In this document: positions 33,480 to 47,135 of the stretch, piece after piece
Position numbering within the stretch: the stretch's first letter is position 1
Layout of the letters: each line of letters starts with the position of its first letter
Position numbers and translations under genes: made by a program
Notes under the pieces: model-generated
What the model was told of the DNA's origin: nothing
Databases searched by the model: none
The model's input: the letters and a program-made list of their open reading frames with translations, nothing else
NCBI GenBank assembly: GCA_008632985.1
Contig: QPGO01000140.1
Location: forward strand, 124,001 to 188,000
Direction of reading: 5' to 3'
DNA from: Psammoneis japonica
Taxonomy: Eukaryota
DNA: 64,000 nt

Positions 33480-35360
33480 GTGAATCGACACAATTCTGCT
33501 TGTACATCATCCAGCATCATCCATCGACCAGGGGAGTGGCACAACCTTTTCTCAATACAACAACGAGAGACGGTTCCTATTTGTCTTTTTGTTGTTTGTA
33601 GTTACTCTAGCATTGAGAATTGTCGTACAGTAAATGTTCCAGGCGGTAGCAGCAGCGGAAAAGATGGAGAAAATAAGCGCGTCTCTCCTACCGAAGCGAA
33701 AACAAAAGTACTGTTGATTCGTCGGCTTGAAAGTACAACGGTGACGATGATCCGACCTTACCCAAGCCGTGGGTAGCGTCTGCTACCAAGTGGTGGAATG
33801 TGCACAATACTCTTGTTCAAGAAGTATCATTGAATCATCCAGAGCTGATTTTCTATGGCGACAGCATTACCGAGTCTTGGAGAGGACAGACCTTTAGCAG
33901 TCTTCCCGGTCCGGGGAGAAAGTGGAAGCCAGGTGAAGCACAGCAGATTCGCAACATTTTCTAAAAGTACTTTGGAAATGCATTAGCTCTTGGTATTAGT
34001 GGAGATCAGACGCAGCATTTGTGGTGGAGAATGCAAAATGGGGAGTTTCCAGACTTCAATTCTACTCATAAAATTGTCCTTGTTGTCATGATTGGGACAA
34101 ACAACATCGGTGGCGGGACTTTGCCAGATGATGCGGTTCGTGGTATTGATGCAGTTGGTCGGTATATTTTAGAAAAGGGTGGCCATGCTTTGCTGTTGAA
34201 CCAAGTCTTGCCTCGCTATGATTCTCAACGAGTCCAACGGCTGTGCCCGCCACTATGCAACAAGGATGGAGATCCCTTTCAGTCATTTTTGCCTGCAATT
34301 CATAAAGTCAATAGTGCTCTGCTAACTTTGGTGGAGAAGTGGAGAGAGGATTACAACAACAAGGATCAGCGGATTGCAGTATCGTCGTGTGGATTAAACA
34401 TTTTCACACCAGACGCCGTGGAACAAGTCATGCCGGATCACTTGCATCAGAAAGACGATGAGGTGGTGATTTCGGGCAACGACGACAAAAAGAAACGAGA
34501 TTCACCACCGACAATTACAACGAAGATAAGGCATGATCGGTGGTACGGGCTACACGACTCATTGGTAAAACAAGTGAAGGCATCAGGTAAGGCAATAGAA
34601 AAGCAGGCACGAGACGGACCACCACAGCTTGTGTTTTACGGCGACAGCATTACAGAGTCTTGGAGGGGAACAGGATTTGGCAGTCTTCCGGGTCCATCGC
34701 GCAAATGGCACCCGGGCGAGGATGACGAGATTCGACAGGTATTTTCAAACTACTTTACCAACATTACGTTTGGCGAAAAGGAAGAATCCAACCCGGCGCC
34801 ACTTGTACTTGCAATTGGTGGAGATCGAGTTCATCAGTGGCTCTACAGAATGAAACACGGAGGGTTCCCTACTTCTAACCGGACTCGTATTTTCATCGTT
34901 TTGATTGGAACCAACGGCTTGAATAGAGGTATGCTGCCTTCAAGACGGTTGAAGGCATTCGTGACGTGGGTCGGTACATTTTAGAGCGAGACGGACAATC
35001 TCATTAGTTACTTTGCGAGTTGCTTCCTCGATTTGACTCGTACAATGTCAAGGGCGTCTGTCCAACACTTTGTGACAAGGACGGTAAGCCCTTTCGATCC
35101 TATCAACCTGTCATTAAACAGGCCAATGATCGACTTGCAGGTCTCGTGAAGCAATGGAGACAGAGCTTGGACAAATAGAATCAGAGAATTGCGGTTTCAT
35201 CTCGTGGATCTTCTATTTTCACCCAGGACAACGCGGAACAAGTTATGCCGGACAAATTACACCCGAATGCTCGTGGACTCGAACTATGGGCTCAGTATCT
35301 TTCCAAACATTTAATTCGTCTCGTGACGCAAGATCCTTTACCATTGGTTCTGTTCAATGA
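33480..35360 (+). CDS. SGNH/GDSL hydrolase (PAF-acetylhydrolase-like) with two tandem domains; frameshifted, ends approximate
   Basis: FYGDSITESWRG occurs twice (near 33850 and 34632); GTNN and GTNG blocks; MPDHLH and MPDKLHP; frame breaks near 33730, 33960, 34945 and 35190. Confidence 0.75.
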
Positions 35361-35918
35361 CAACAAGACGCGAGCGAGATAATGCAACATTCGCGAAAGT
35401 GGTCCCCAGAACTCAATATACTGATCATACTTCGCTATCAACAAAGCTTAGATGTCTAATATGCCAAATGACTGTTGGAATCTTTAAACTTAAACTATGG
35501 CATAACCACGATAGGAGAAGGAAGAAAACACCAGTTTCTCGAAATCAAACGTTGTTCTCTATTCTAGTTCTCCTCCATAAGTGCGTTGTTCCTAACGGTG
35601 GTATGGTAGTCTTCGATGACTCGCTATTGGGTAAATTCGAAAGGGGAAGGGGCAGCATTTGAAGCTTAGAGAGTGCAAGTCGCCACTCCGATGAGACACA
35701 GGAAATCGCCATGGCTCGATTCTCAAGCAGTTTTCTCGTCTTCTGGCATCAACATGAGCCGTCCCGTTTCCCCAAGGCTATTATGGAATAGGGACATGGC
35801 CCGAGCTCATTGTCGATGATTTCAATTTATTCCGATTGCTTTTTCCAATGAATCTTCATTCACAGGACTTGACGAGCGTGACGACGTCAGCGACATATCG
35901 AGCGATACTGCAGACATC

Positions 35919-38426
35919 TCAGGGTCTTGAGGCGTCGACAGCTTTCGCGTCATTCACAGCTGTTGGCAAGTTGCTTGTGGCTTCATCAGAATTAGCTCTC
36001 GCGCCACTTGAATGCATGTTATATCGGAATCGGAATCCCTGTGACTCCGATGAGGCCGACCTTTCGGCTGGCGTCGCCTGTAGCCCAGTTACAATGATGG
36101 ATCCCATGCGTCGCGACTCGTTTCTAAAGGATTGCTTAACGGCTCGATAAACCTTCGGTCCCACAATCACAAGCAGACTAGTAATTGAGAAGATCCAGAT
36201 CAACAGTACGCGCCCAAAATACGTGGCATCAACCGACGAGTCATCAAGAACTATCAACACAGGAACACCGATTGCCCATGCTTGAATTTGAGTGCAAATC
36301 GCAAACAAAACATTGTGAGTATCACTCAAGTCGCGCCTGACATCAATCGTTTTGAAAGAATACCATGCCGCTAATGCTTCTGCGGTTACAAGAAGGCCAA
36401 TCAGAGGACCGAAGAAAGCCCATGTGTGATCACTGGTACATTCTCCATATGTTTCAGGAGGTACTTCTGAGATCTGTGTACGCTCCCACGTCCACGGATC
36501 AATAGTTGTCCATAAAATTAAAATGATCACCGTGAGTAGCACAAAAACAATGAGTGGGTTCATCACCTGCTTGACAGTTAGCTTCATCCGCCGAAATTGA
36601 AGCAACTGGTCAAGCCGCCAGGCCTTGGTCGCAAGTGCCATGAATGTAACAATATGGCCAACGAAGAAGAACCAAGGTGTCGCCATGCATGCTGCGTCAA
36701 GCTGACTGTCTGACGCTCCGGCGTTTTCGTCCCAAGAAAGAGTGAAAATGGCTAGGTTTGTGATGAGCGAACCCACGCACAAAAGGAAGAGGAAGAATGG
36801 CTGGGCTTTCAGGATGACTTCGGTCTTTCTAAAACAGAAAATCAATGCAATGGCACAAACCACCAGGAAACCAGTGATTGCAAATATTGAAAATCCAAAC
36901 ACTCGAACACCCTGAGACAAAAAGTTGTTCTCGACACCGAGGAGCGTCACAGGCCAGACCTGACCGCCATTCCTGTCGATAAAAGAAGTCCCTTTGACTC
37001 TTTCCCAATTATCATCACCCGCAGTGATGGAAATAAGCTCGGCAGCAAAAGTTCGTGTTCCGCCTTCGGCCGTCTGGCCCCGTATGTTGTACAGGCCGAC
37101 TAAAATGTCGTCTGGAGCACGATAGTGCTCTTCCTCATTAAATCTTATGCGACCTGAAGCACCTTGGAAGCTCGATTCTATCATGCCAGCAAGCATTTCA
37201 TCAAGGCCAATTTCAGTAGAATCAATCTCTGAGTCTTTCAAAGCTTTGCATCCTCCAATACCAAGCACCATTACAGCATCGTACACGAACGATGTAAGGG
37301 CGGTTGGTTCGTTCTTCTGAAAGTAATCATCACTTGCTTGAAAGTACGCTTCATCGCCTGCCGGTAGAGGGTAGAGAGCATTGAGAAAATGTACAAAGTG
37401 ACTGTCCTGATCTCTCCAAGCATTGAGGAAAGGGTCGCTGTCTTTTGCTGACCGAAACTGATCCATCTGGTCAAACACTAACGCACCCGTCAATAGCTTG
37501 TCTAAGGAAGATCCAACCTCCACCTCGTCAAATAAGTCGTCGATTCGATGGTCCGTAGGAAGAGCTTCCGGTGAGATAATGTAGAGGTAATCTTCGCTGA
37601 GTAGACCCTGCTCATCGAGCGCTTTAGCCATACTGTTCAGCACTTTCGGATGATAGAAGTTCAGCACCATAGTCGTAATACCTGTCCGCCGAAGGCCTGT
37701 TGCCACAGCTACATTTGTATCTCTTCCCTCCTTTTCAAAGGCTCGTACGACAAATTTTGAGTCCTCATCCGCAATTTTAACAAGCTCCTCTGCCAAATCA
37801 CTCGAGCCGTCACGGCCGTAATGCACAATCGCCACAAAGTGCCGCCCCTGTTGTTTGAGAAACTTCACCATCACCTTTGCTCTGGCCTGTGGCGACAATA
37901 CCGTGGCAATGACCTTGTCTCTGTCATTGGCAAATTTATCAAGTTCTGCAGCATAGAACAAGTGGTTGATTTCAAGCGCCCTCGTGATACCCGCAACGGC
38001 TTCGGTGGCATCCGTATCAAAAGGCCCGAGAACCGCACAAATGGGGTGCAAGCTGTTGTGTGTTGCATCCCATAGTGATTTCACCGCTGTGTCTACCACC
38101 AATGCACTGTCCACTACAGTATCATCCCCGTTTGTGGCATTTGTAGGAAACTGCAAGGGGCAGTCGTGAAGCTGTTCCAACTGGGGAATGACCGTTGAAT
38201 TTCGCGCATTGAAGTGGTTGATAGCCATCTGTGAAGCAGCCATATAATCAAAGCCAACTCTTTGAAATACAGCAGCAGGAAATCGTCCATGTCCAACCGA
38301 AAAGGGAAACATGCGGACCATGGAGCAGTATAATGTGCCATTGTCACCGTTTTCGTTGTGCAACAAGGGAGCGGACTGCACGGTCGACGTGAAAGCCAAG
38401 AGATTCAAGAAATGGCACCTCTTCAT
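35919..38426 (-). CDS. Class C (GABA-B-like) G-protein-coupled receptor
   Basis: 835 aa; signal peptide; periplasmic-binding-type ectodomain (VYDAV, FQGASGRIRF); seven TM segments with AQPFFL and KAWRL. Confidence 0.9.
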   Translation of the reverse strand: MKRCHFLNLLAFTSTVQSAPLLHNENGDNGTLYCSMVRMFPFSVGHGRFPAAVFQRVGFDYMAASQMAINHFNARNSTVIPQLEQLHDCPLQFPTNATNGDDTVVDSALVVDTAVKSLWDATHNSLHPICAVLGPFDTDATEAVAGITRALEINHLFYAAELDKFANDRDKVIATVLSPQARAKVMVKFLKQQGRHFVAIVHYGRDGSSDLAEELVKIADEDSKFVVRAFEKEGRDTNVAVATGLRRTGITTMVLNFYHPKVLNSMAKALDEQGLLSEDYLYIISPEALPTDHRIDDLFDEVEVGSSLDKLLTGALVFDQMDQFRSAKDSDPFLNAWRDQDSHFVHFLNALYPLPAGDEAYFQASDDYFQKNEPTALTSFVYDAVMVLGIGGCKALKDSEIDSTEIGLDEMLAGMIESSFQGASGRIRFNEEEHYRAPDDILVGLYNIRGQTAEGGTRTFAAELISITAGDDNWERVKGTSFIDRNGGQVWPVTLLGVENNFLSQGVRVFGFSIFAITGFLVVCAIALIFCFRKTEVILKAQPFFLFLLCVGSLITNLAIFTLSWDENAGASDSQLDAACMATPWFFFVGHIVTFMALATKAWRLDQLLQFRRMKLTVKQVMNPLIVFVLLTVIILILWTTIDPWTWERTQISEVPPETYGECTSDHTWAFFGPLIGLLVTAEALAAWYSFKTIDVRRDLSDTHNVLFAICTQIQAWAIGVPVLIVLDDSSVDATYFGRVLLIWIFSITSLLVIVGPKVYRAVKQSFRNESRRMGSIIVTGLQATPAERSASSESQGFRFRYNMHSSGARANSDEATSNLPTAVNDAKAVDASRP

Positions 38427-39224
38427 TGCCGATCCTTCCGATGGGGATGAAAAATAGTAAAGGCAGCTAAGATGAACCGGTCGCAGTCACACACTTGAAA
38501 CACTTCCTTTCCAACAGTCACAATCAGTTCTTTTTGTACTCGTGCGTTTGCATTCTATGCTTCTTCGTCAGGAAAACATGGGAAGAGGTGAAGTTGCTTA
38601 CTCGTTAGACTAAATGTAGAGTCGTGTGAATGAAGAGCCTATTGTACGGACCTGGCACGAAAAATAAAAATGACTTTTCGTATGACCTTTGATAGAAAAG
38701 TCCATGTCACCGGCGGCGCAGCATATGTCTGCTGCAGCATTCGCTTGAACTGAAATGTCTCATCATGACCTCGACGTGGTCCTTGATAACGCATGGACAG
38801 TCACACGTCGCAAGGGCACATGCGGTACACAGCAGGGCTGTGACTGGCGAGGTCGGAATGCAACACCCCAACGTGGCATGTTCTGCACAGTTTGTTTCTT
38901 TATCTTTGTTTCCTTCACATCTTTCAAGCCACAAGGAACTCACACCCACCCGAGATTGTGCTCCCATTTCCCATTTCCTGTTTTTGCCCAGTCCCTCGTT
39001 CTCAAGAAAACCGCGTGAGAGGTGAAAAAATGAGAGTGGTTTGGGCTGAATTTGGCGCTTGCTGGGAATTGACTCAATTTGCCATGAACTTGTGGTGCAC
39101 TGTGCACTGCAGTCTTGTGGAGTGTTGAAGACCAGGAACAGCCCTGACACATCACAGTCATCAAACCAGAGTGGTCTGATTTTTGCTGACGATGTTCCTC
39201 CAGTGACGCACAAAACGACAACCG

Positions 39225-39690
39225 GATTTTGAATATAATTTATGTATCTTTTAGTGTATGAAGCATTTTAATAAAAAATACTTAGACGGATTGACTTTGA
39301 TAGGCTTCTAGAGTATGAACATTTAAATAGTTTTTTGTGGGGTATTCAAATCCTCATGGGATATGTATCATAAACTTCCTCAGTAGACTCAATACTGATT
39401 GTACGTCAGTAGATTCATACTGAGATTTTTTTGTAGGTAGAAAACCTACCAAGTAGTATCGTAGAAAGATATATTTAGGTAACATCCAAATAACGGCAAC
39501 ATTTTCGCCGAAAATCATCCGTTGTGTTACGAATCTTTTAACGCAATGAAAAACATAGATAGCACAATAACAATGATATTGCAACACTCACACGAGTCTT
39601 GTTAGTGTTGCAAAACATTTATTTTTGTATAAATCTATACTTTTGGTGGTGAAAGTGCCGATCGTAAGTTAGGGACCGCGCAAAAATCGC
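39225..39690. other. AT-rich, TpA-rich non-coding island between two TpA-depleted tracts
   Basis: Abrupt compositional switch; loosely bracketed by inverted GCACAAAA(A)CGACA at 39208-39220 and 39696-39709. Confidence 0.6.
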
Positions 39691-41699
39691 GCAAATGTCG
39701 TTTTTGTGCACGATTTGGTTCACGTGCGGCTGGAACACGTCTGACTGCCAAAAGCAGTGCAGCACAGTCCGGGGTCCAGCAGCCTTGGAAAATCAGACCA
39801 CAGGCTCATTTGGTCTTCCAAAGCAACTGCTCGCTGTGCAAATTTCCACTTGCAGCAGGGGGAGCACCAGCTGGAACTGCTTGACTGAAACATCTTTTTT
39901 GCTTGTTCGTCTGCCACCCAAATTTGTCGTTCTGCCATCTCTTTTGTCCCTGCTGTCAGAAGGCATCTGCAGTGTGACACAGTTTTGGCTTGAGAGTGGG
40001 TCATCTTGGCACCTCTCACTCTTGCTCTTGATGAGAGTGTCACTTTGCTGTTTGCTGCTGCTGGTGCCACAAGGGTGCCCAAGACCTCACACTGGCAGAG
40101 GCTCATGACAAGGTTCGTTGATTCATTGAATGACTTGAGATCAACAAAGGTGACTTTGATGGTGCAGTCTCCAAAAAATGTCTTGGGCAGCAGGTCACAA
40201 TGGAGGGATTGAGCAGCTCCTCTCCTCTGCATTTCTGGCATGCTTTGCTTCAGCAAATTCCCACAGTTTGACCACACATCATTTTTTGTTGCATGTGGGC
40301 AGCGCTGCTGAGAGAAAACAGAAGAAGCTCACAGCACCAGCTGAAGACAAGTGACATCTGCCATGCAGCACTGGCGACAGCTGCTCCAAAGGGCTGCAAA
40401 CATGAGCAGTGCACATGCCTCAGTGAAGGCCAGGTTCTTTGTTGTGATGACAGAGAGCTCAGATGCCACAAATGAAACAAAGCCGTCGAAGCACTAAATT
40501 CAACATCTGTGTTTCCTGCACCTGAGGAGAGAGCTGGCTCTTCCACTTCCAAAGCATGAGCTGCACTGCAGTCTCTCCCCACATGTGCCAGAGTCAAGTC
40601 CTGCTGCAAATGAGCTGCCACCAACCCAGCCCATGCTGCTTTGTGCAACAAGCAGACAAAGTTTTGTCCATCACAAAAGGCTCTTGACAAAATGGCAGAG
40701 GTGGTGCAGAGGCTGTGCATCAGCTGCCCATTCTTTTTGAGCCTTGCTGGCATGGAAGTCTGCTTCATCACTGTGGGAAACTGTGTTTGAAAGCACTCTG
40801 CCATCAGAGCTGGAGAAGAGCCTGTGTTGCAGTTGACCTGCCAACAGTGCTTGCCCACTCCTGGGTGCAGTGCGCGCAAGTGCAAAAAGCCAGCCATTGA
40901 TGCACAACAAAGAGCAAATTGCTGCACATCCTGCACTGCACAACAAAGTGCACCAGAGGTGCAGACAGTGCTGCAAAACATTGAAGACAGCCTGCAGTGC
41001 AGATGGTGGGCTGCTGTTGCCACAAAAGCAGCGCACCATTGTGACAACAAGATGCAGAAAGGATGGATGAGCTTCAGCAGCAGACTGGCTCTTTTTGAGA
41101 ATGCACAGTCCTTTCTGATGAGACAGTCATCAGAAAGTTGTGAGTGCTGCTGTGCTTTTCCTTGCAATGGAGAGCAGCAAGCAGCGGCAAGGCCCCTCTG
41201 AGTCCTGGCAATGTGCGCTCCTGGAAGACAAGCAACTCGGGGGTGAAACAAGGGTGGACACCAGCTTTTTGTCTTGTTTGGCACCTGGTCATGATGGCGG
41301 TCCAACACGTTGTTGCAAGTGCAATCGTGGAGGAGCAGCTCGCCTGTTCTGCACTGCAGGCAAGCAGCCGATCGAGTCAAGCCCAAGGTGAAACCTCCAA
41401 GAGGACAAGAAAAGAAAGTTCGAGTCAATTTTCGCAGCCAGCGATGGACTTGCACAATGTGCATGGAAGAACGCCGTGGTTTGTGCCTTTGCCCCCCACG
41501 GCAAGATTCATCAAGGCGTTTGCAGTCCGCAGCATCGATTGGTCGTGGATCCAATTGGATGTGCTGGCTCTGGTTTGCTCTGCTGCTGTTCGGAGTGTGG
41601 TTATTTTCCCTGGCCTCCCTGACACACCATAATCCAACAGTTTACTGCCATGAAAAGCTCGCACAGTATCTTCAATCATTCGTCTCCAAAACTGTGGTG

Positions 41700-42083
41700 A
41701 ACTAGCCCTAGCTACTACTAGTAAGAGCTTCCAGAGTAGGTAGACTTCGACGCAGGTGGCTCAACGATATGGTCAGCACGGCTTACTCATTTGGATGTCC
41801 TATGCGGGGCTGGTACTGGATGTAAGTGACTTTATTGCACTTCATCCCGGTTTTGCCGAGCGCATATCCCGACGAGCGGCTGGGGCCGCTATCGAACCGT
41901 TTTGGTTCTTGCATCAGCAACTCTTTGATACCGACGAGCTCTACAAATTCCGGGATCTTTAGTATAGGGCGACTAGCTTCCAAGGATCAACAAGTGATTG
42001 ACCAAAAACTGGATGCGTTGCAGGATCGTTTGAACAGGCTTCGACTCGAAATTGACCAAACGGCTGTTGGTCATGGATCATAG
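41700..42083 (+). pseudogene. Cytochrome b5-like heme-binding domain fragment (sulfite-oxidase type), frameshifted
   Basis: IWMSYAGLVLDVSDFIALHPG...AAGAAIEPFW..H matches the cyt b5 HPG motif region; no intact gene visible. Confidence 0.6.
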
Positions 42084-42664
42084 AGGCTATCTCTAGTTGA
42101 TTTGAATACTCTTACTCTTCCCCGAATGGATGGAAACAGTCCCGTTGGCTTCCCACAGAATGAGAATCGTCGGCCATTTTCGAATTTTCTTCTTGTTAGA
42201 ATTTTGTTGAAAGAATTGATCGATAAATCCGCTAAAAATGTCCCTGTCAATTCTCAACGAAGCAATCGAGGGGAAGTACACGTTTTGGATACTTGATGGG
42301 TGCAGCGAATTCAAGTTCATTGATAAATAGAATGTGGTCTCACCAAATGAGAATAATTGCTTTTGCTAGATAGAAAGAAGTATCCCACGGCGCATTGATC
42401 CAAACTAGAGCGAAGCCATCGACAGAGAAAAGCACACATTTTGATGCTGGTTTGTATATCTTGGTTCTAAGCTTATTAGTACTTTATATCGAAACGGCAT
42501 GGATACACTGAACTATTGAATACGTGTTTCTTAGCACATAACAGTACTTGTACTGTATAATAATCTCTCTTTCATTTCTTGAACACGTCCATAAACAATC
42601 CCATGCCCTTCATAGGCTTGTGATTTTCGTTGAGTCGCTTGGAAGGAGAGACTGGAGTCGCACT

Positions 42665-43123
42665 CTATTCCGCAGCCTCTTCCAGTTTGGGACAGTCGTT
42701 TGGAAACGGGGTGGCTCCCTGTTCCGCTCCAACTTGGTTTTTGATACTATCCAAGTCACCGAGTACCCAAAGTTCGACGATTTTATTCTCTTTAAGCGTA
42801 AAGAAGGCAGCGTTGCACCAAGTGACTTCGTGACCGGTACCTGGCTGCCCAAAAAACTCAGACTTGTGAATGCCACTGCACTTGACGCGGACAGCCGCCT
42901 TATTCTCCGTCATGACGATTTCTTGGATCTTCTTGTTGTGCTTTCCCAGAGCGGAATGCATTTTCTTCATGTGTTCAACTACGTGCTTAGCTCCGCCGTT
43001 TCGTTTTCCCATGGCGGATCGAAAGCGAACGGTGTCGCTCACACACGCCAAAATTTCCTTTTCATTGTTTTTGTTCCATCCAGAATAGTAAAAGCGCTCG
43101 ATGAGCTCCTGCTGCGATGACAT
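42665..43123 (-). CDS. SnoaL-like / ester cyclase family protein (NTF2 fold)
   Basis: About 152 aa; IERFYYSGWN, AAVRVKCSGIH..EFFGQPGTG.EV.W, KIVELWVLGD. The start could be an upstream Met. Confidence 0.85.
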   Translation of the reverse strand: MSSQQELIERFYYSGWNKNNEKEILACVSDTVRFRSAMGKRNGGAKHVVEHMKKMHSALGKHNKKIQEIVMTENKAAVRVKCSGIHKSEFFGQPGTGHEVTWCNAAFFTLKENKIVELWVLGDLDSIKNQVGAEQGATPFPNDCPKLEEAAE

Positions 43124-46100
43124 GGCCTCTGAATACAACGCTTTACCGGTACGTGGATCACCTGATGTTTGGCTTCGGTTTGGTGTCATTGGTGTCGCGG
43201 CGTCGCGTGTCGCTCGCCAACAAACAAAAAAACTCCCCATCTTTCACGAACAAACACATAAACACAATGTGTATTAGGGCCCTACTGTACCGTAGTTGTA
43301 GTCGATGAGGAATGATTGGATTTTGGAACAGAGGAAGAACAAGCTTGCAATGTGTGACTCAATGACATAACCAGGGGGAGAATGTTTTCACTGTCAACAC
43401 GGAATGCTCTTACAGAAAGAACAAGGTCAAGAAAGTTTTAAACTCATTCAGTTGTGCATCCAATGAAACCGCAGTGTCATCTGTTGAAAACACGAAAACG
43501 TTCTTGGCAGACAAAGCCACACAGGCAGCCCAACAAAAACCACTTGAACCCACGTCAACTGGGCCATGGTGGCACCTGTTGAGTGGTGGTCCAGCTGATG
43601 CAGGGTTTGTCACAAGCTTCACACTGGTTGCTGGGCACCCACACTTCAAAGATGACAGTGGTGTGGGTTCATTTCATTTGTGCAGAGCACAGAGTGTGCT
43701 TGTTGTTGGAACTCTCAGAGGATCAGCACCCGCTTTTTGCACAATGTGGAGCCACGTGTTGCCTTGCATCACGGGTTTCTTTGCTGTGTGGCCTGACAAG
43801 CTGCCAGCAGGCTGGGCAAGCTCTAGCTCTGAAGGTGGGGGGGCTTGTTGCAGCAGCAAGGGGGGGCTGCTGTTTGTCACATTTTGCCTTTTTCACACCG
43901 TGCCTTGGCTCTGTGCTGGTTTGCTGCACATTTGCCAGGCAATCTACCCAGAGCCTTTCAATTTTTTTGTGCAGCTGCATTTTGTAGTGTCCATGGAGAG
44001 AGTGCAACGAGATGCAAAGGTGCTCTAAAAATGGTTGCCCACTTTAATGTCAGAGACAAATGCACGCTCGCTGGTGCCTGCCGTGCAACGTGCAAGTCAA
44101 GAGCTGCAGCAGAGCTCATGCCATGCAGAGTTTTGTGGTGTGTGAAAAGGCCCACACACAGAGCTCCACCTCTGGAGCTGGGGCATGTCAGTGAGAAGGG
44201 TGGCTCATGGACAAATTTCTCACAGCATTTGCACACACTGCACTGGGCACTTGTGTGTTGACTTCAAAAGCATTTCCAAAAAGAGCAACCTGTTTGTTCT
44301 TGTGCTTTGGCCATGCTTTGGCCACACTTTGGCCATGTCTCAAAGCACCCCAGCAGATGGTTTGTGGTTGTTCTGTTCAAGAGACAGCAGGTGCACTGGC
44401 TTCCATGCTTTGCAGGAACGTGGGGCATGCAACACTGCACATGAGACACTCACTCTGTGTGTGTGCTTTCTCTTGCACAGAGTGGGCTTTGTCATGGCAG
44501 CTCTGCATGCACCTTTGACACTTGCAACGGTCACCTCAGCACACTTGCAAATCCACTCAGCTCTTCTTCAAATGTCTCCATGTGATTTCAATGCATGCGC
44601 TGCATGCATCAAAGGTGGCAATGGTGCAGCAAAGTGAAGCTGGCAGCAGAGTCATTGCAATGCATTGAGGTTTTGCTTCTTGGCACAAGGCACACAAGGT
44701 CTTGCTGCTGTGGGCAGCTTGCCTCTCAACTTTGGCTCATTTTTAGTTTTTTTTTTTGCACAGTCACTGGCAACATTTTCAGTGATCCAAATTTGCTCTC
44801 GCTGGCATCTGGGGCTCCTCCCCTTCCAAGGCTCTGGCAGCTTTGGTCATGCTTCTGATGAGGCCACATTGAATGTTGAACCTGGCAGGATCCTTGGGCA
44901 CGTCAGGAGGTGGAGTCTGGTGCTGCAGATGCCCATCTTGGGGCAGTTGTTGTGTGGCCACCCACATGGGGGCAATGCAGCTCAAGTCATTGAATGGAGT
45001 GGCAACTCTTTTGCTGCTGCAGTGTTGTCATCAGTGCGCGTGCTTCACATCATGCCCAAGAACAGCTCAGGAGAGGTGGCACATCCATTGATGGCATTTA
45101 GACTGTGTCCCTTGTGAACACCTGTGCAAGTGCAAGTGGCAACTGCTGCTGTGCCAAAAGTCTCTGCTGCACAAGTGGGCCAGACTCTTTGCTGTGCTGT
45201 CATGCAAACAAACTTGCAACAAATTTTTCATGATTGTCAGAGACATGTGTCCCAAGCAAGCTGCGCTCCTCTCAGGTGGCAAGGCTCTTCTTTGACATGC
45301 ACCACAAAGTCAGGCTGATCTGCACACTTGTGATGCACACGATCTTTGGCTTGAGCACTTCAAGCATCAGCTCTCAGAAGCTTGTCACACTTTTCAAAAC
45401 AGAGAGTGTAACAACTCATGTCTCGCTCTTGCTCACAGCAGGCTGTGAGCTGATTCCCAAGCACTCTGTGGAATCTCAACCCACAACTGAAATGCCAAGC
45501 AAACAGCAAGCAGAACAGGCAGACGCCAAATGGAAAAAGTCCTTGTGAGGTGTGAGGTGGCAGCTGGACATTGTTTGCCTCTTTTGTGACTCATTCAAAA
45601 CCTGCAGTTGGTGCAGCCAGTGAACCATCACAGCACACCTCATGACAATTGAGCACAGCTCCCACAGCAAAGGCAAGCATTGTTGGCAGAGCTGCTCTGA
45701 GTTGTTGCTCCCAACCCCCAACCTCCTTGAAGAAACAAGTGCTTGGAAAAGAAGATGATGCCATTTTGGGAACTTTGCAAAAGCCAAGGCTGCATCTCAG
45801 CTTTGCATGCAATGAGCAGTGTCAACCCACACCAGAGCATGCATTGTGCCAAAAAATGTCTGGGACAGAGCTGTCAAATTGTCTGGCAGATGGACATGTT
45901 TTGATGATCACACCTTCCTTTCAAAGCCAGCATTCCAACCAAACCCACTTTGCTTGCCCCCATTTTTTTGTTTCAAGAAACTCCCAAAAATCATTTTGTG
46001 GTGCAAAGATTGTGCACACAAATCCTCTCAGAGAACATGAATTCAAAAAGCAAAGCAATCAAAAGAAATTTCTCAGATGTGGAAACAGGGCAAGCAAAGA

Positions 46101-47135
46101 GGCTTTGGTTGGAAGACTGGGTTTGTGAAGCACATCTGTCTGTGTCAGGCCATTTGATGGTGTTGCCCCCAAATTTTTGTCATGGTGCAGGTGCTTGCAT
46201 GGGTTTCTGCAGGGCTTGATGAGCTTGAAAGAGAACCAATCGCACTGTTTTGCAAGGGCCTTGAAACACTGCTAATCAGGGTCGTCTGGTGTGCTGACAG
46301 CCTTCAGCATGATGTGGTGACAGCTCATTGAGGAGAGTTGCGCCTCTGTTGGCTTGTGCAGGCTCATCTTGCCTCCATGTCATGTTGGCTGCACACTGTG
46401 CATTTTCTTTTCCTGCTGCCAACTTTGTGCAAGCACTGTGTGGGAACCACCCAGCCAACAGCCCAGCATCATCTCTGAGAGCTTTGCCCGCTTGCTCAGC
46501 AGCTGCCAGACAGCAGTCTGTCACACTGCCCCGTCTGGCTGCTGCTGCCTGCTGCTGCTGCTGTCATTTGAAAGATTCTGTGCAGCACACCACTCCATCA
46601 TCTTGTGGCTGCCATTGCCACTTTTGATTGACCCTGCACACTCATTTGTTGTGTTTGTGATGCTGCAGCAGATTTCGCACTTGACAAACACAAAAGTGTT
46701 GTCGAGAATCTTGTGAAAAAGAGGCAGGCACACTGTCAGAAACCCAACTGCGCACCCACACAAAAGGGTGTTGTCAGCACACTTCAGAAAACTGGAAGTG
46801 TGAGCACTGCTCATGCTGTCAACAAGGTTTGTAGAAAACAACTGAAACAACCGCATGTGCTTTGTTTTGGGATGATTGTTGTGCGAGCGTGCGTGGGATT
46901 TTCATGGCATCGTCGGTACGCCGCCCCGCCAGCTTCCAAGCTCGAGACGCGAGGTACCGGTAGGTTGCTACTTCTACACTGTATTCTCAATGTTTTGTTT
47001 TTGATGTGAAAGCACGATTTCCGACATCAGATTTGAACATCGGTCGCTATGTCAGCGGCAACACACTGTGTCGACGAATGAACACCCCATGAGCGTGGAA
47101 TCTGACTTTATCAGATTTATCAGCACTCCGACAGC

